The notes: generated by a model from the letters alone, not told the origin. A DNA stretch of 63,110 bases, filler included, from Chiloscyllium plagiosum (GCF_004010195.1; 5 parts of one record of this genome joined end to end with filler, not necessarily neighbours in it), one strand, 5' to 3'. Numbered from the whole stretch's first letter, positions 1 through 12,852 are shown. Program-made: numbers and translations.

Positions 1-1580
1 AGGTGTTATCAATTCTAGAAGGAGTGAAAGTAGACAGGTCCCCTGGGCCGAATAGGATTTATCCGAGGATTCTCTGGGAAGCTCGGGAGGAGATAGCAGA
101 GCCTTTGGCTTTGATATTTGAGTCATCATTGTCAACAAAATTAGTACCAGAGGACTGGAGGATTGCAAATGTTGTGCCCTTGTTCAAGAAGGGCGACAAA
201 TATGACCCAGGTAATTATAGACCAGTGAGCCTTATTTCTGTTGTAGGAAAGGTTTTGGAAAGGATTATAAGAGATAAGATTTATAATCATCTTGCAAACA
301 ACAATTTGATTGCAGATAGACAACCTGGTTTCGTCAAGGGCAGGTCGTGTCTCACAAACCTCATTGAGTTTTTTGAGAAGGTGACCAAGCATGTAGATGA
401 GGGTAGGGCAGTTGACGTAGTATACATGGACTTCAGTAAAGCCTTTCATAAGGTTCCACATGGTTGGCTATTGGAGAAAATGCGGAGGCATGGGATTGAG
501 GGTGATATAGCAGTTTGGATTAGAAACGGGCTTTCTGAAAGAAGGCAACGAGTGGTGGTTGATGGAAAATATTCAGCCTGGAGTCCGATTACTAGTGGTG
601 AGACACAAGGATCTGTTTTGGGACCACTGCTGTTTGTCATTTTTATAAATGACTCAGACGCAGGCATAGGTGGATGTATTAATACATTTGCAGACGACAC
701 TAAAGTTGGTGGAGTAGTGGACAATTTGGAAGAATGTTACAGGTTGCAGGGGGACTTGGATAAACTGCAGAATTGGGCTGAGAGGTGGCAAATGGAGTTC
801 AATGCAGCTAAGTGTGAGGTGTTACACTTTGGGAAGAATAACAGGAAGGCAGAGTACTGGGTCAATGGAAAGATTCTTGGTAGAGTGGATGTGCAGAGGG
901 ATCTTGGAGTCAATGTACATAGATTCCTGAAAGTTGCCACCCAGGTGGATAGTGCTGTTAAGAAGGCATACGGTGTGTTAGGTTTCATTGGTAGAGTGTT
1001 TGAGTTCCGGAACTGCATGCTGCATCTATACAAAACGCTGGTGCGGCCATACTTGGAATATTGTGTACAGTTCTAATAGCCATATTTCAGGAAGGATGTG
1101 AAAGCATTGGAAAAGGTGCAGAGGAGATTTACCAGGATGTTGCCTGGTTTGGAGGGGATATCTTATGAGGAAAGGTTGAGAGACTTGGTCTTTTCTCATT
1201 GGAAAGAAGAAGGCTAAGAGGGGATTTGATAGAGACATACAAGATGATCAGAGGATTAGATAGGGTAGACAGTGAACGTCTTTTTCCTGGGATGATGATG
1301 TCAGCTTGTACGAGGGGGCATAACTACAAATTGAGGGGTAATAGATTTAAAACAAATGTCAGAGGTAGGTTCTTTACTCAGAACCTACACTAAGGGTGTG
1401 GAATGTCTTGCCTGCCAATGTAGTCAACTCAGCCACAATAGGGAGATTTAAACAATCCTTAGATAAGCACATGGATGATTTTTGGATATTGTAGGGGGAC
1501 GAGCTGAGAATAGTTCACAGGTCGGCGCAACATCGAGGGCTAAAGGGCTTGTTCTGCGCTGTATTGTTCTATGTTCTATG
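1..1580 (+). mobile_element. CR1-clade LINE, 3' part (ORF2 reverse transcriptase to 3' tail), defective
   Basis: ORF 3-1076 has CR1 RT motifs ([33 protein letters not shown]). A premature stop near 1076 is followed by the C-terminal part (ORF 1199-1393) and a (TTCTATG)n tail. Confidence 0.95.
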
Positions 1581-1739
1581 GTGGGTCTGTCCGAGATGAG
1601 TTAGTGCTGATACTTCATGAGATGACATTTTTCAATATCGACACTTATTGAGCACAATCGATGGAATAAACCAGATGCGATTGGTCAGAGTTTCGGAATA
1701 AACGAGAAGTTTCGTGTCTGCCACCACCTAGAATCATAC

Positions 1740-2225
1740 AACAAAGATATGTCTCATCGTGTCTGCACAGCCCAGTGCTCTTCCAGGTGTTTTTAAAAGT
1801 CTCTGAGGTTACCTGCCTCATCCACCTTCCTAGGCAGTGCCTTGCAGACACATAGCATCTTTTGGGTTCAAACAGATTCCACAAATCCTCTCTCAACTCT
1901 TGCTTTTTGCTTTGAAAATGTGTTCCTGACCCTTTGACAGTTGCTGCCTTTACTTTGTCCATACCACTCACACTCTAATGCACCTCTGTCAAGGTCCCCA
2001 CTCAACCTTCTCTGCCATAATGAAAAACCAAGCAAATCTAGCCCCACTTCACAGTTTGAGTACTCTCTTGTCTTGTTATTTCCGAAGTGCATCACCTCAC
2101 ATTTCTCCGTTTTAAATTCCATCGTCCAATGATCAGACTATCTGAACAATCCGTTTATATCCACCTTACATGACACTTTCCACTTTACTGTGAACCACCT
2201 CGCTAATCTTTCTGTCATTACAAAG
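1740..2225 (-). mobile_element. Old fragmented CR1 remnant
   Basis: Minus-strand ORF has MEFKTEKCEVMHFG and FSLWQRRLSGDL. Confidence 0.75.
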
Positions 2226-2416
2226 TCATTTATTATTCCCCCCCAAACCCATCGCCCACATTCTCATCATTATCATTTGTGAATATCAGAAATAAATCTT
2301 TGTTTTAGAGAACATAGAACATTGAAAAATACAATGCAGAACAGGCCCTTCGGCCCTCGATGTTGCACTGACCTGTGAACTATTCTCAGTTCGTCCCCCA
2401 CACTATCTCATCATCC

Positions 2417-2659
2417 CCAGACCCATTGCCCTACATTTACCCCTGCACCTAACACTACAGGCAATTTAGCGTGGCCAATTCACCTAACCTGCACATTTTT
2501 TGGAGTGTGGGAGGAAACCGGAGCACCCGGAGGAAACCCACGCAGACACGGGGAGAATGTGCAAACTCCACACAGTCGGTCGCCTGAGGCGGGAATTGAA
2601 CCCGGGTCTCTGGCGCTGTGAGGCAGCAGTGCTAACCACTGTGCCACCGTGCCGCCCAC
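2417..2659 (-). mobile_element. HE1-like tRNA-derived V-SINE lacking its tail, inside a minus-strand CR1 tail (2308-2700)
   Basis: Reverse complement reads GTGGGCGGCACGGTGGCACAGTGGTTAGCAC...GGGTTCAATTCC (A and B boxes) followed by the V-domain core. Confidence 0.9.
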
Positions 2660-3044
2660 TAATCCATCCCATGGATGATACTATCCCATCATCATCCATG
2701 TTTTCTTCATGTTCTGCAGACGTTATTCACAGAAGAAGAATTGAGAAGTCCAAGTCTCTTGTTGTCCTTATTTTGGTGAATTTACAGAGTGATGCTGTCC
2801 AGGTCTTTAATGAGACAGCCACAAATAGTATCTTAGACAAGGGGCTGAACTCTCCTTTTACACTCTGCCCCTCTGTATGTCTTATTCATAAGGGCTTGTG
2901 TATCATTATTGTTGGATTAGATTTTGACACCTTGCACTGCAATATTTGCATTGTATGCAAATTAGAGCATATTCTTTGTAACATTCCCCGCAATACTCAG
3001 GGTTTTTCTTAGCTGCAGTATGGGCACAGACTCATTCATCAAAT

Positions 3045-5903
3045 TTGTTCGAAAGACCTAGAGTGATGCGGATAATGATTCAATTAAATTCTCGAATATA
3101 GACACAAAGTAGGACAGCAAATCATCTCATGTCTGTGCCAAAACAACATAAGCAGCAAGTGATAGAGCTAAGAGATCCCACAACCAATGAATCAGATAAC
3201 TCTGCAGTCCTGGCACATCCAGTTACGAATGGTGGACGGTCAAACAACTCATTGAAGAAGGAGGGTCTTCAAATATCCCTATTCTCTATGATAGAAGAGC
3301 CCAGCACATCAGTGCAAAAGGTCAAAGCCTTCCCAGCCATCTTCAGCCAGAATTGCCGAGTGGCTGATTCATCTCAGCTTCCTCCGGGGCTCTGCAGCAC
3401 TATAGATACCAGTCTTCAGCCAATTCAATTCACTCCAGGTGATGTCAAGAAACGATTCAAGACACTGAATACTGCTCAGGCTATCGGTTCTGATAACATT
3501 CCATCAATGGTATTGACTACTTCTGTGCCAGAACTTAATGCTCCCAAAACCAAGCTGTTTCAGTACAGTTACTACAATGGAATGTACCCAACAATGTGGA
3601 AAATTGCCCAAGTATGTCCTGGACATAAAAAGCAGGACAAATCCAAATATGCCAATTATTGTCCCATCAGTCTACAGTCATACGGTTATCGAGTCATTGA
3701 GATGTACAGCACAGAAACAGACCCTTCTGTCCAACTCATCCATGCCAACCAGATATCCCAATTTAATCTAGTCCCACTTGCTAGCACCAGACCCATATCT
3801 CTCCAAGCCCTTCCTATTCATATACCCATCCAAATGCCTCTTAAATGTTGCAATTGTACCAGCCTCCACCACATCCTCTGGCAGCTCATTCCATACACCT
3901 ACCAGCCTCTGACACTCCAGGGAAAACAGCCCCAGCCTTTTCAACCTCTTTCTTTCGCTCAAATCTTCCAACGCAGGCAACATCCTTGTAAATTTTTTTC
4001 TGAACCCTTTCTGGAAGGTGTCATTAATAGTGCTATCAAGCAGCACCTGCTCAGGGATGGCCAGTTTGAATCCCACCAGGGTCACTCAACTCCTGACCTC
4101 ATTATAGTCTTGGTTCAACATGGACATAAGAGCTTAATTCCAGAGGTGACATGAGAGTGATATCCCCTGACATCAAGGCTACATTCGACTAACTGTGGCA
4201 TCAGGGAGCCCGAGCAAAACTGGAATCAAAGAGTATCAGAGGGCAAATTCTCTGGCATTTGGAATCACACCTAACAAATAGGAAGATGATCCTGCTTTTT
4301 CGAGGTAAGTCATCTCAGCTCCAGGACATCTCTGTACGAGTTCATCAAGTTAGTGTCTGAAACCCAACCATCTTCAGCAGCTTCATCAATGACCTTCCCT
4401 CCATCATAAGCTCAGAAGTGGGGATGTTCACCAATGATTGTGCTATGTTCAGCGCCATTCAGGACTCCCCTGACACTGAAGAAGTTCATGTTCAAGTGCA
4501 ATTAGATCTGGACTGTATACAGGCTTGGGCTGATAAATGACAAGTAGTGTCTGCATCACACACAAATGCCAGGCTATAACCATCACCAGGACTAGACAAT
4601 CTAACTACCACCCCATGATGTTCAATGGTGCTACTATGACTGAATCCCTCACTATCAACAACCTGGGAGTTATCATTGACCGGAAACCCAACTGGACTCA
4701 CTACATAAAGAAGAGCAGACTGGATTCTAGGATTACTGCAGCCAGTAACTCACCTCCCGACTTCCACAAGCCTGTCAACCGTGGGCGGCACGGTGGCACA
4801 GTGGGCGGCACGGTGGCACAGTGGGCGGCACTGCTGCCTCACAGCGCCTGAGACCCGGGTTCAATTCCCGCCTCAGGCGACTGACTGTGTGGAGTTTGCA
4901 CGTTCTCCCCGTGTCTGCGTGGGTTTCCTCCGGGTGCTCTGGTTTCCTCCCACAGTCCAAAAGATGTGCAGGGTCAGGTGAATTGGCCATGCTAAATTGC
5001 CCGTAGTGTTAGGTAAGGGGTAAATGTAGGGGTATGGGTGGGTTTCGCTTCGGCGGGTCGGTGTGGACTTGTTGGGCCGAAGGGCCTGTTTCCACACTGT
5101 AATGTAATCTAATCGTAATCTAATCTATAAGGAATGAGTCAGGAGTGTGATGAAATATTCCTATTTGCCTGAATGACTGTAGCTCTAACAATACTCAAGA
5201 AGCTCAACACCATCCAGGACAAGCAGCCCACTTGGTTGGCATTACATCCACATTCCCTCCACCATCAACGTTCAGGAGCAGAAGTGTGTACCATCAAGAA
5301 GATGCATTGCAAACATTCAGCAAAGGGGGCATAGCTTTAAATTAAGGGGGGGTAGGTATAGGACAGATGTTAGGGGTAGGTTCTTTACTCAGCGAGTCGT
5401 GAGTTCATGGAATGCCCTGCCAGTAGCAGTGATGGACTCTCCCTCATTATGGGCATTTAAGCGGGCATTGGATAGGCATATGGAGGATAGTGGGCTAGTG
5501 TAGGTTAGGTGGGCTTGGATCGGCGCAACATCGAGGGCTGAAGGGCCTGTACTGCGCTGTATTCTTCTATGTTCTATGTTCTATGTTCAAACATCCTCAA
5601 ACACCAACTTCCAAATCTATGATACTTCTATCTGGAAGGACAAGGACAGCAGTGACTTGGGAACACCACCAGCTTCAAGATCTCCTCCAATTCTCATGCC
5701 ATCCTGACTTGTAAATATATCACCATCCCTTCACTGTTGCTAGGTTAAAGTCAATACCATTGTGGGTCAACTCACAACAGATAGACTGCAGCAGTTCAAG
5801 AAGACAGCTCATCACCACCTCCTCTAGATCAACTGGAGACGGGCAATAAATGCTGGCCCAGCCAATGACGCACACATTCTACAAATGAGTAAAGAAAAAA
5901 AAA
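3045..5903 (+). mobile_element. Second CR1/L2-group LINE family, ORF2 3' half, interrupted by CR1 (3685-4010 -, 5325-5587 +) and a SINE
   Basis: Degenerate RT-flanking peptides (MWKIAQVCPGHKKQDKSKYANYCPISL; FINDLPSIISSEVGMFTND). Ends GGGCAATAAATGCTGGCCCAGCC...A-rich. Confidence 0.85.
4781..5127 (+). mobile_element. HE1-like V-SINE with duplicated 5' head
   Basis: B box GGTTCAATTCC, V-domain, tail GGGCCGAAGGGCCTGTTTCCACACTGT and AATCT-type repeats. Confidence 0.92.
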
Positions 5904-7324
5904 TCTTGAATTTGAAGGAAATTAAGCAAAAGCTCACTGTTGTTTACATTGTGAAAAATTGTTGAGACATGGAACTTGATGGGGTGGGGAGGGGGCACAT
6001 TGACCCCACGTTAAGGAATCACAGTGATGCAGTAAATGTCAAATATGAAAAAGAATCAAGTGTCATAACAAATACTAGGAAGAAAAATCTTTCGTTAATT
6101 TTCATTGGAAACCAGATATTAATTTTCCTGAATGTATGATCACCCAAACACACACACATTTTCTCATCCGTAATAGTTCATCTGCCTCTATTCCTTCCTC
6201 CTCTTTCCATGCACTCCCACTTCTCTTACACTGACCCTTCTGCTGCTACGTACCCTTCCACTGGCCATCTCCCTCCTCACTGCTCTTTTTCTCCTCCCAA
6301 AGTATGTCACACCACTTCCCTGTTGCTCCCACTACCCCTGACTCTCCCTTGCTGCTCTCTGGCTAGGGTAATGGAAGTTGCTGAATTCTGTGTTGCTGTT
6401 GGTCATCAATAAATGGTGAAATTGGAATGATCATAGTCCAAAGGACCAGTCAGTAGTGTGTGTTTGCCACTGCCTGATTCACCAGCATTGGAATGGTTTT
6501 TTACCTCATGGTACCGAGTGGAGCTTATTTCCTTCTTTCTGTCCCAGCACTTAATCAAACAGCCTCATTAAAAAAAAGGACAAATGTCTCCTGACAGAAT
6601 CAGAAGTCCATGCATCAATTTTATTTTCATTTTGTGGGGACAGTGAGCGCATTGTTCAAACAAACCGTGTTCTGCCCTTTTGCTCTTCATTGTTTCAACT
6701 GATGCTCCAAGGGGAGATCAGAGTTCCTTCCCTTGCCATCAAAGTAGTACTTGACTGAATATATCAAGGACCCTGAGCAAAACTGTGTGAATTGGAAACA
6801 AGTCTGCACTGGTAATGTTCTTGACTGAACAATGGGAAAACCAAACGATAAAAGTTATCTTCTAAGTCACATGCCATTGTGACTCGGGGCAAATTTGCTG
6901 TTCATTGTCTTTGTCAAAAGTCTTTGAGTCCCCTTCCAAAAAGCTCTGTGCGTGTATCTGCACAACTTGGACAAAAGAGAATAAAGAAGGCAACTCTCTG
7001 TCGCTTTCTCCGGAGCTATTGGTACCTTCTAATAACCAATGGATGAGTATGCCCTGTTAAAAATTAGAAGATAGTTTGTTTTCACAATTTAATCTAAAGT
7101 CTCAGAAAAGTCAGACTTGTTGGGTCCGTATGACCCCAGCAATATCGGGCGCACGACATGACATTAAGGTGATGATTCCTGTAGTTTTCAATCAGTTCCT
7201 TTCAGAAGATAGATCATGCTGTGCTCAACAATTTCATGGCAATTTATCACAACTGAATATGTCATCGATATTTTCAGAACTTGTAAATCATAGAAAGTTT
7301 TAATGTCCATAACCAAATACTCGA

Positions 7325-7440
7325 GTTAAAATTCACACAACACCAGGTTATAGTCCAACAGGTTTATTTGGACGATAACCTGGTGTTGTGTGATTTTTAA
7401 CTTTGTACACCCCAGTCCAACACTAGCATCTCCAAATTAC
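7325..7440. mobile_element. Palindromic Penelope-like terminal (pLTR) remnant
   Basis: CACACAACACCAGGTTAT...ATAACCTGGTGTTGTGTG inverted arms; same family as 49253 and 62095. Confidence 0.7.
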
Positions 7441-7890
7441 AAATTCTCGAGAGTCAACTGCAATGTCAGCTTCCCTGTCACAGTCCAGAAAGAAAGGAAA
7501 ATTGAGAGTACTGGAGAGACACTCAGCAGGTCTGGCAGCATCTGAGTAGAGAGAAACAGAATGAACCTTTTAGAGCCCAACATGAATTTTTCAGAACAGG
7601 TCCATATCAGACTCAAGTTTTTACCTCAGTTCTCTCTCCAGATGACGTCTCATCAGCCATTTTCTGTCTATATGTCAGATTTCCATGATGCCTTGTATTT
7701 TGCTTTCCTTGATGGATCTAGGTGTTGAACATGGTTATATTTGGCTAATATGATTCAACTGCTTAAATTGTGTCATGCCATTGACACTGGAGTCTGTTTC
7801 TGCTTTAAATTCCAAAAAAAATTGTTAATATCCTCCTAAATGTGCAAATCTCAGGAAATGGCATGAAATAAAATGACAGGAACAGACAAT

Positions 7891-8110
7891 TGATGGTTGA
7901 ACACTCTGATGCTGCTGCTCCTTTAACAAGGTTATGATCTCCTTATTTTTTTCGAAAGGGGTCAAAAAGACAGAGGTTCTGATATGTCTGGTGTTCGCTA
8001 TTCAAGAATGCTTTTTAAGTCTTTCTATTAAAACACTTTTACAATGAAAGGGGAGTGGCTAGAATTTGGTTTGGTTTGGTTTTAGCAAGCAATCAGTTTT
8101 GAGGCTGTTG
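7891..8110 (+). mobile_element. LTR 5' fragment related to the solo LTR at 26642
   Basis: Shares CAGAGGTTCTGA and ACAATG(A/G)AAGGGGAGTGGC with the reverse complement of 27100-27195. Confidence 0.6.
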
Positions 8111-9068
8111 GTCAAAGAAACAATAAAACCAAAGAATCAACAAGTCAGGGACAGAATGAATATGACATTGTCAAGCAGACAGTAAGGAAAGGGGGCAGTG
8201 CCTGTGGAGACCGGAGGGGAGTGCAATTATATTCCCCAGTCACCAGCATACAAATATCAACCTTTCTGTCAGTCAGAATGAAATATAATGCAGAGGATGG
8301 GAAGAGATTACTTCTGGGAGATCAAATGTCAATTGACAATATGGACAGGATAATATTAACTGAAAGGGATAATATTTTATATTTATGCTGTTTATTCATT
8401 TGGTGTACAGGCTGATAAAACTGTGCATATCTGGAGAGGATATTCAGAACTAAAAACAGAGACATGGTTACAAAATGTGCAGGTCAGCATGGAGATACAG
8501 GATAACAAATGTAGAAATACAGCTCTGTCTGAGCTGGTGCTGAGGTGATGGACTCAGTGACCACCACTTTTGTTGTAATCGTTATTACTAATCCCTCAGA
8601 CTATTTGGCCCAGTCAGTCCACACCAACACTCCAAAGAGCATCCCAATAGACCCACTTACCACCTATTCACAGTAGTTCCCATGGCTAACCAAACTAACC
8701 CTCACATCCCTCGGCACTATGAGCAATTTAGCATTTTTGGGCTGTGGAGCACTGGGAAGGACCACATGGACACTGGAAGTATGCGAACTCCACACAGACA
8801 GTCACCTGAGATGGAATCAAACCCGTGTTCTAGGTGTTGTGAGATAGCAGTAATAATCACTGAGCTACCATGGTGCTGCCCTGACCCCACTGATCCACTG
8901 TGCAGCCCCTGTGATATGTATTAAACACTTTCAGATACTATGGAGACAAGTGTGTTCTGTGAAGGACACATAGCGATGTTATGGACCAGGACAGATCCCC
9001 TCTAAATATTTTCAAAAGGTAGCTGGAATTTAACTTTTCCAGTTGTTGTAAGCAGGTGAAAAGTGGAT

Positions 9069-9835
9069 AGAAACATAGAAACATAGAAAAATACAGCGCA
9101 GTATAGGCCCTTTGGCCCTCGATGTTGCGCCAATCCAAGCCCACCTAATCTACACTAGTCCACTATCCTCCATATGCCTATCCAATGCCCGTTTAAATGC
9201 CCATAAAGAGGGAGAGTCCACCACTGCTACTGGCAGGGCATTCCATGAACTCACAACTCACTGAGTAAAGAACCTACCCCTAACACCTACCACCACTTAA
9301 TTTATCCTTAATTTAAAGCTATGCCCCCTCATAATAGCTGACTCCATACGTGGAAAAAGATTCTCACTGTCGACCCTATCTAAACCCCTAATCATCTTAT
9401 ACACTGCCCGTAGTGTTAGGTAAGGGGTAAATGTAGGGGTATGGGTGGGTTACGCTTCGGCGGGTCGGTGTGGACTTGTTGGGCCGAAGGGCCTGTTTCC
9501 ACACTGTAAAGTAATCTAAAAATGTAATCTAAAATCTCGTAATAACTGACTCCATACGTGGAAAAAGATTCTCACTGTCGACCCTATCTAAACCCCTAAT
9601 CATCTTGTACACCTCTGTCAACTCACCCCTAAACCTTCTTTTCTCCAATGAAAACAACCCCAATGCCTCAGCCTTTCCTCATACGATCTTCCTACCATAC
9701 CAGGCAACATCCTGGTAAACCTCTTCTGTACCCGTTCCAGTGCCTCCACATCCTTCCTATAGTATGACGACCAAAACTGCACACAATACTCCAGATGCGG
9801 CCGCACCAGAGTCTTATACAACTGCAACATGATAA
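9069..9835 (-). mobile_element. CR1 3' fragment containing a SINE tail (9405-9535)
   Basis: LQLYKTLVRPHLEYCVQFWS...RFTRMLPG; (AGAAACAT)n tail at the left end. Confidence 0.9.
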
Positions 9836-9984
9836 TTCCATGCTGATCTTTGCTCTCTCCCTGACATTGCTCCTGTGTTTGAATAACATAAATTATCTGA
9901 AAACCCAATCAACTCTATCACAATTTCTTTGACCAAGGAGCTGTTTATGGGATGCTGCATGTATTTGGAACAGCATCATTCAGT

Positions 9985-10987
9985 CGCGATAGAGTCGATT
10001 GTGTTTTCAGATAAGTTATGTTATTCTGTATTCTGTTTGCTTTTGCTTTTGTGTAAATACATTCTGTTTGTTTAAAACCGAGTAGTTGGGGCAGCTTTAT
10101 CACTCCTGGAATATCCACCATTCACCTGCTTAAAACAGCAAGAAAAGTTAATTTGTGGGCTACCTTCTTAAAATATTTTGAGAGGGTCTGGCCTGGTCCA
10201 TAACAAGTGGGAGCTATTTGCAGGATTTGTTCTATACTTCCAAAGTGGGATTAGTGTTGCTGCATTCAAAGGCATTGCATGGTAAGTGTGAGCGTGTTTT
10301 GTTCCAGGTGTTGAATTTGGTTGGTTTAAACTGTGTTTTCTGGGGGTGCAAGAAGTGATTCTTGGGGCTTCACAAAAGGTGAACAAGGAAATGCAGCTGG
10401 AATTGGTGATCAAGCTGAAGTAAGAGCTTCCTCCTTCCATACGGAAAGGAGAGATAATTACAGAAACGGCTCAGCAATTAAATTTGCTGGAAATACTATC
10501 GGAATCTTTGGAGATGGCTAAATTCAATTGAAAATGAAGCAGCTTGATTTAGAGGCAAAGGGAAAAGAAAGAAATTAAAACAAATGAAATTGTTTGAATG
10601 ACAATTAAAAGCAGATTAAGAGAAAAAAAAAGAAAGGTCCTGGCAGAACAAAACAAAAAGGATAAAATCACCTTAGCAGAAAAAAAAGGAAAAGAGAGTG
10701 AAAGAGAGCACGAAGAGAGAGAGAGAGAGACAGGGAGACAGAGAGAGAAAAGAGAGAGAAGAAAGGAAGAAAGAGAGAGAGTTTTAATTTCAGAAATAGC
10801 ACTTCGACAGGAAAGTCAGCTTAAACAAATGGAGACAAAGGTAGAAGATAAGTTTAGTGAGGAAGAGAGTGAGGATGAGCAGCTCATGGTAGCCAAGGGT
10901 CTGGTGGGGATCTGTTTAAATATATTCAATCATTGCCTAAATTTGAAGAGAAGAATGTAGAAGCCTTTTTCATCTCATTTGAAAAGC
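9985..10987 (+). mobile_element. Gmr1-like Gypsy LTR retrotransposon: LTR 3' end, degenerate primer-binding site and decayed gag
   Basis: LTR ends ...GGTCCATAACA (10205), then AGTGGGAGCT... (resembles a tRNA-Pro PBS). An E/R/K-rich coiled coil is followed by GDLFKYIQSLPKFEEKNVEAFFISFEK just before the gap. Confidence 0.75.
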
Positions 10988-11031
10988 NNNNNNNNNNNNN
11001 NNNNNNNNNNNNNNNNNNNNNNNNNNNNNNN

Positions 11032-11043
11032 TTAATTAATTAA
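11032..11043. other. Assembly spacer TTAATTAATTAA inside an N-run (also at 29187, 40090, 59845)
   Basis: The same 12-mer, with stops in all six frames, is centred in ~50-N flanks at four places. Confidence 0.95.
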
Positions 11044-11087
11044 NNNNNNNNNNNNNNNNNNNNNNNNNNNNNNNNNNNNNNNNNNNN

Positions 11088-11277
11088 GGGGGGGAAATTG
11101 CGGTCCTTGAAGAAGGAGGCCATCTGGGTTGTACGTTTTTGGAACTGGTCCTCCTGGGAGCAGATGCAGCGGAGTCGAAGGAATTGGGAGAATGGGATGG
11201 CGTTTTTACAGGGGGCAGGATGGGAGGAAGTGTAGTCCAGGTAGCTGTGGAAGTCGGTCAGTTTGTAGTAGATGTAG
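11088..11277 (-). mobile_element. Penelope-like RT (thumb region) fragment
   Basis: Manual translation IYYKLTDFHSYLDYTSSHPAPCKNAIPFSQFLRLRCICSQEDQF...FKDRNFP. Confidence 0.85.
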
Positions 11278-11537
11278 CATCTGCAGACCTCACGTTCTCC
11301 GCATTAATTGGGGGTTTGATTATATTAGATTACCTACAGTGTGGAAACAGGCCCTTCGGCCCAACTAGTCCACACCGACCCTCCGAAGTGTAACCCACAC
11401 AGACCAATTATTTCCCTCTGACTCATGCACCCAATACTATTGTGGAGGGATGCATTTGAGTCGGATACTCTTCGGAGGGTCAGTGTGGATATGTTGGGCC
11501 AAAGGGTCTATTTCCACACTATAAGGAGTCTATAATA

Positions 11538-11690
11538 CTGTGATACACCGGGTAAAGAGGTTACAGTATTAAATGATACAGGATTCTCTTAATCTTTCAT
11601 GTTGAAAGATGAGGAGATATGTACCTGTGAAGGACTATTGCCAGAAAACATGCTAGGAACAGAAATTCACTGTGAAACAAGAAGCGCTCG
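11538..11690 (+). mobile_element. Gypsy aspartic protease remnant
   Basis: GKEVTVLNDTGFS*SFML contains the DTG motif. Confidence 0.65.
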
Positions 11691-11699
11691 TTGAAATAG

Positions 11700-12352
11700 T
11701 CTTTGGGAAATTGAGAAACAAAATTGTAAGGAGATTTGAGTTATCTGCAGGAATAATAGGGTAGTTATGGTAGGGGATTTTAACTTTCCAAACATCGATT
11801 GGGACTGCCATAGTGTTAAGGGTTTAGATGGAAAGAAATTTGTTAAGTGTGTACAAGGAAATTTTCTGATTCAGTATGTGGATGTATCTACTAGAGAAGG
11901 TGCAAAGCTTGACCTATTCTTGGGAAATAAGGCAGGGCAGGGGACCGAGGTTCTGGATTAGTGGCGCTGGAAGAGCACAGCAGTTCAGGCAGCATCCAAG
12001 GTGACTGAGGTGTCAGTGGGCAGCACTTTGGGGCCAGCAACCATAATTCTACTAGTTTTAAAATAGTGATGGAAAAGGATAGACCAGATCGAAAAGTTGA
12101 AGTTCTAAATTAGAGAAAGGCCAATTTTGATGGTGTTAGGCGAACAGAACCACAACAACAAGCACCCGAGCTACAAATCTTCATCCAAACTTTGAACATC
12201 CAACACCAGTTGATTGGGGGCAAGCTGGAAAATGGAAAGCCTTCAGAAATGAGATGATGAAAGACAATATATTCCTGTTAGGGTGAAAGGAAAGGCTGGT
12301 AGTGGTCAGGAATACTGGATGACGAGAGAAATTGAGGTTTCGGTTCAGAAAC
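11700..12352 (+). mobile_element. CR1 ORF2 endonuclease fragment
   Basis: VGDFNFPNIDWD...TREGAKLDLFLGN. Confidence 0.85.
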
Positions 12353-12852
12353 NNNNNNNNNNNNNNNNNNNNNNNNNNNNNNNNNNNNNNNNNNNNNNNN
12401 NNNNNNNNNNNNNNNNNNNNNNNNNNNNNNNNNNNNNNNNNNNNNNNNNNNNNNNNNNNNNNNNNNNNNNNNNNNNNNNNNNNNNNNNNNNNNNNNNNNN
12501 NNNNNNNNNNNNNNNNNNNNNNNNNNNNNNNNNNNNNNNNNNNNNNNNNNNNNNNNNNNNNNNNNNNNNNNNNNNNNNNNNNNNNNNNNNNNNNNNNNNN
12601 NNNNNNNNNNNNNNNNNNNNNNNNNNNNNNNNNNNNNNNNNNNNNNNNNNNNNNNNNNNNNNNNNNNNNNNNNNNNNNNNNNNNNNNNNNNNNNNNNNNN
12701 NNNNNNNNNNNNNNNNNNNNNNNNNNNNNNNNNNNNNNNNNNNNNNNNNNNNNNNNNNNNNNNNNNNNNNNNNNNNNNNNNNNNNNNNNNNNNNNNNNNN
12801 NNNNNNNNNNNNNNNNNNNNNNNNNNNNNNNNNNNNNNNNNNNNNNNNNNNN

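Noticed and set aside
3..1076. 357-aa reverse transcriptase ORF as a novel RT system or host gene
   Set aside because: Ordinary CR1 ORF2 fragment with a premature stop and many decayed relatives in the window
2500..3012. 170-aa ORF and the recurring CGRKPEHPEETHADTGR peptides
   Set aside because: Translations of SINE sequence; the non-SINE half has no recognisable homology on either strand
3129..4154. 341-aa ORF
   Set aside because: Chimeric read-through of a decayed LINE and an antisense CR1 insertion
11032..11043. Repeated TTAATTAATTAA motif in four places
   Set aside because: Artificial scaffolding spacer inside N-runs, not biology
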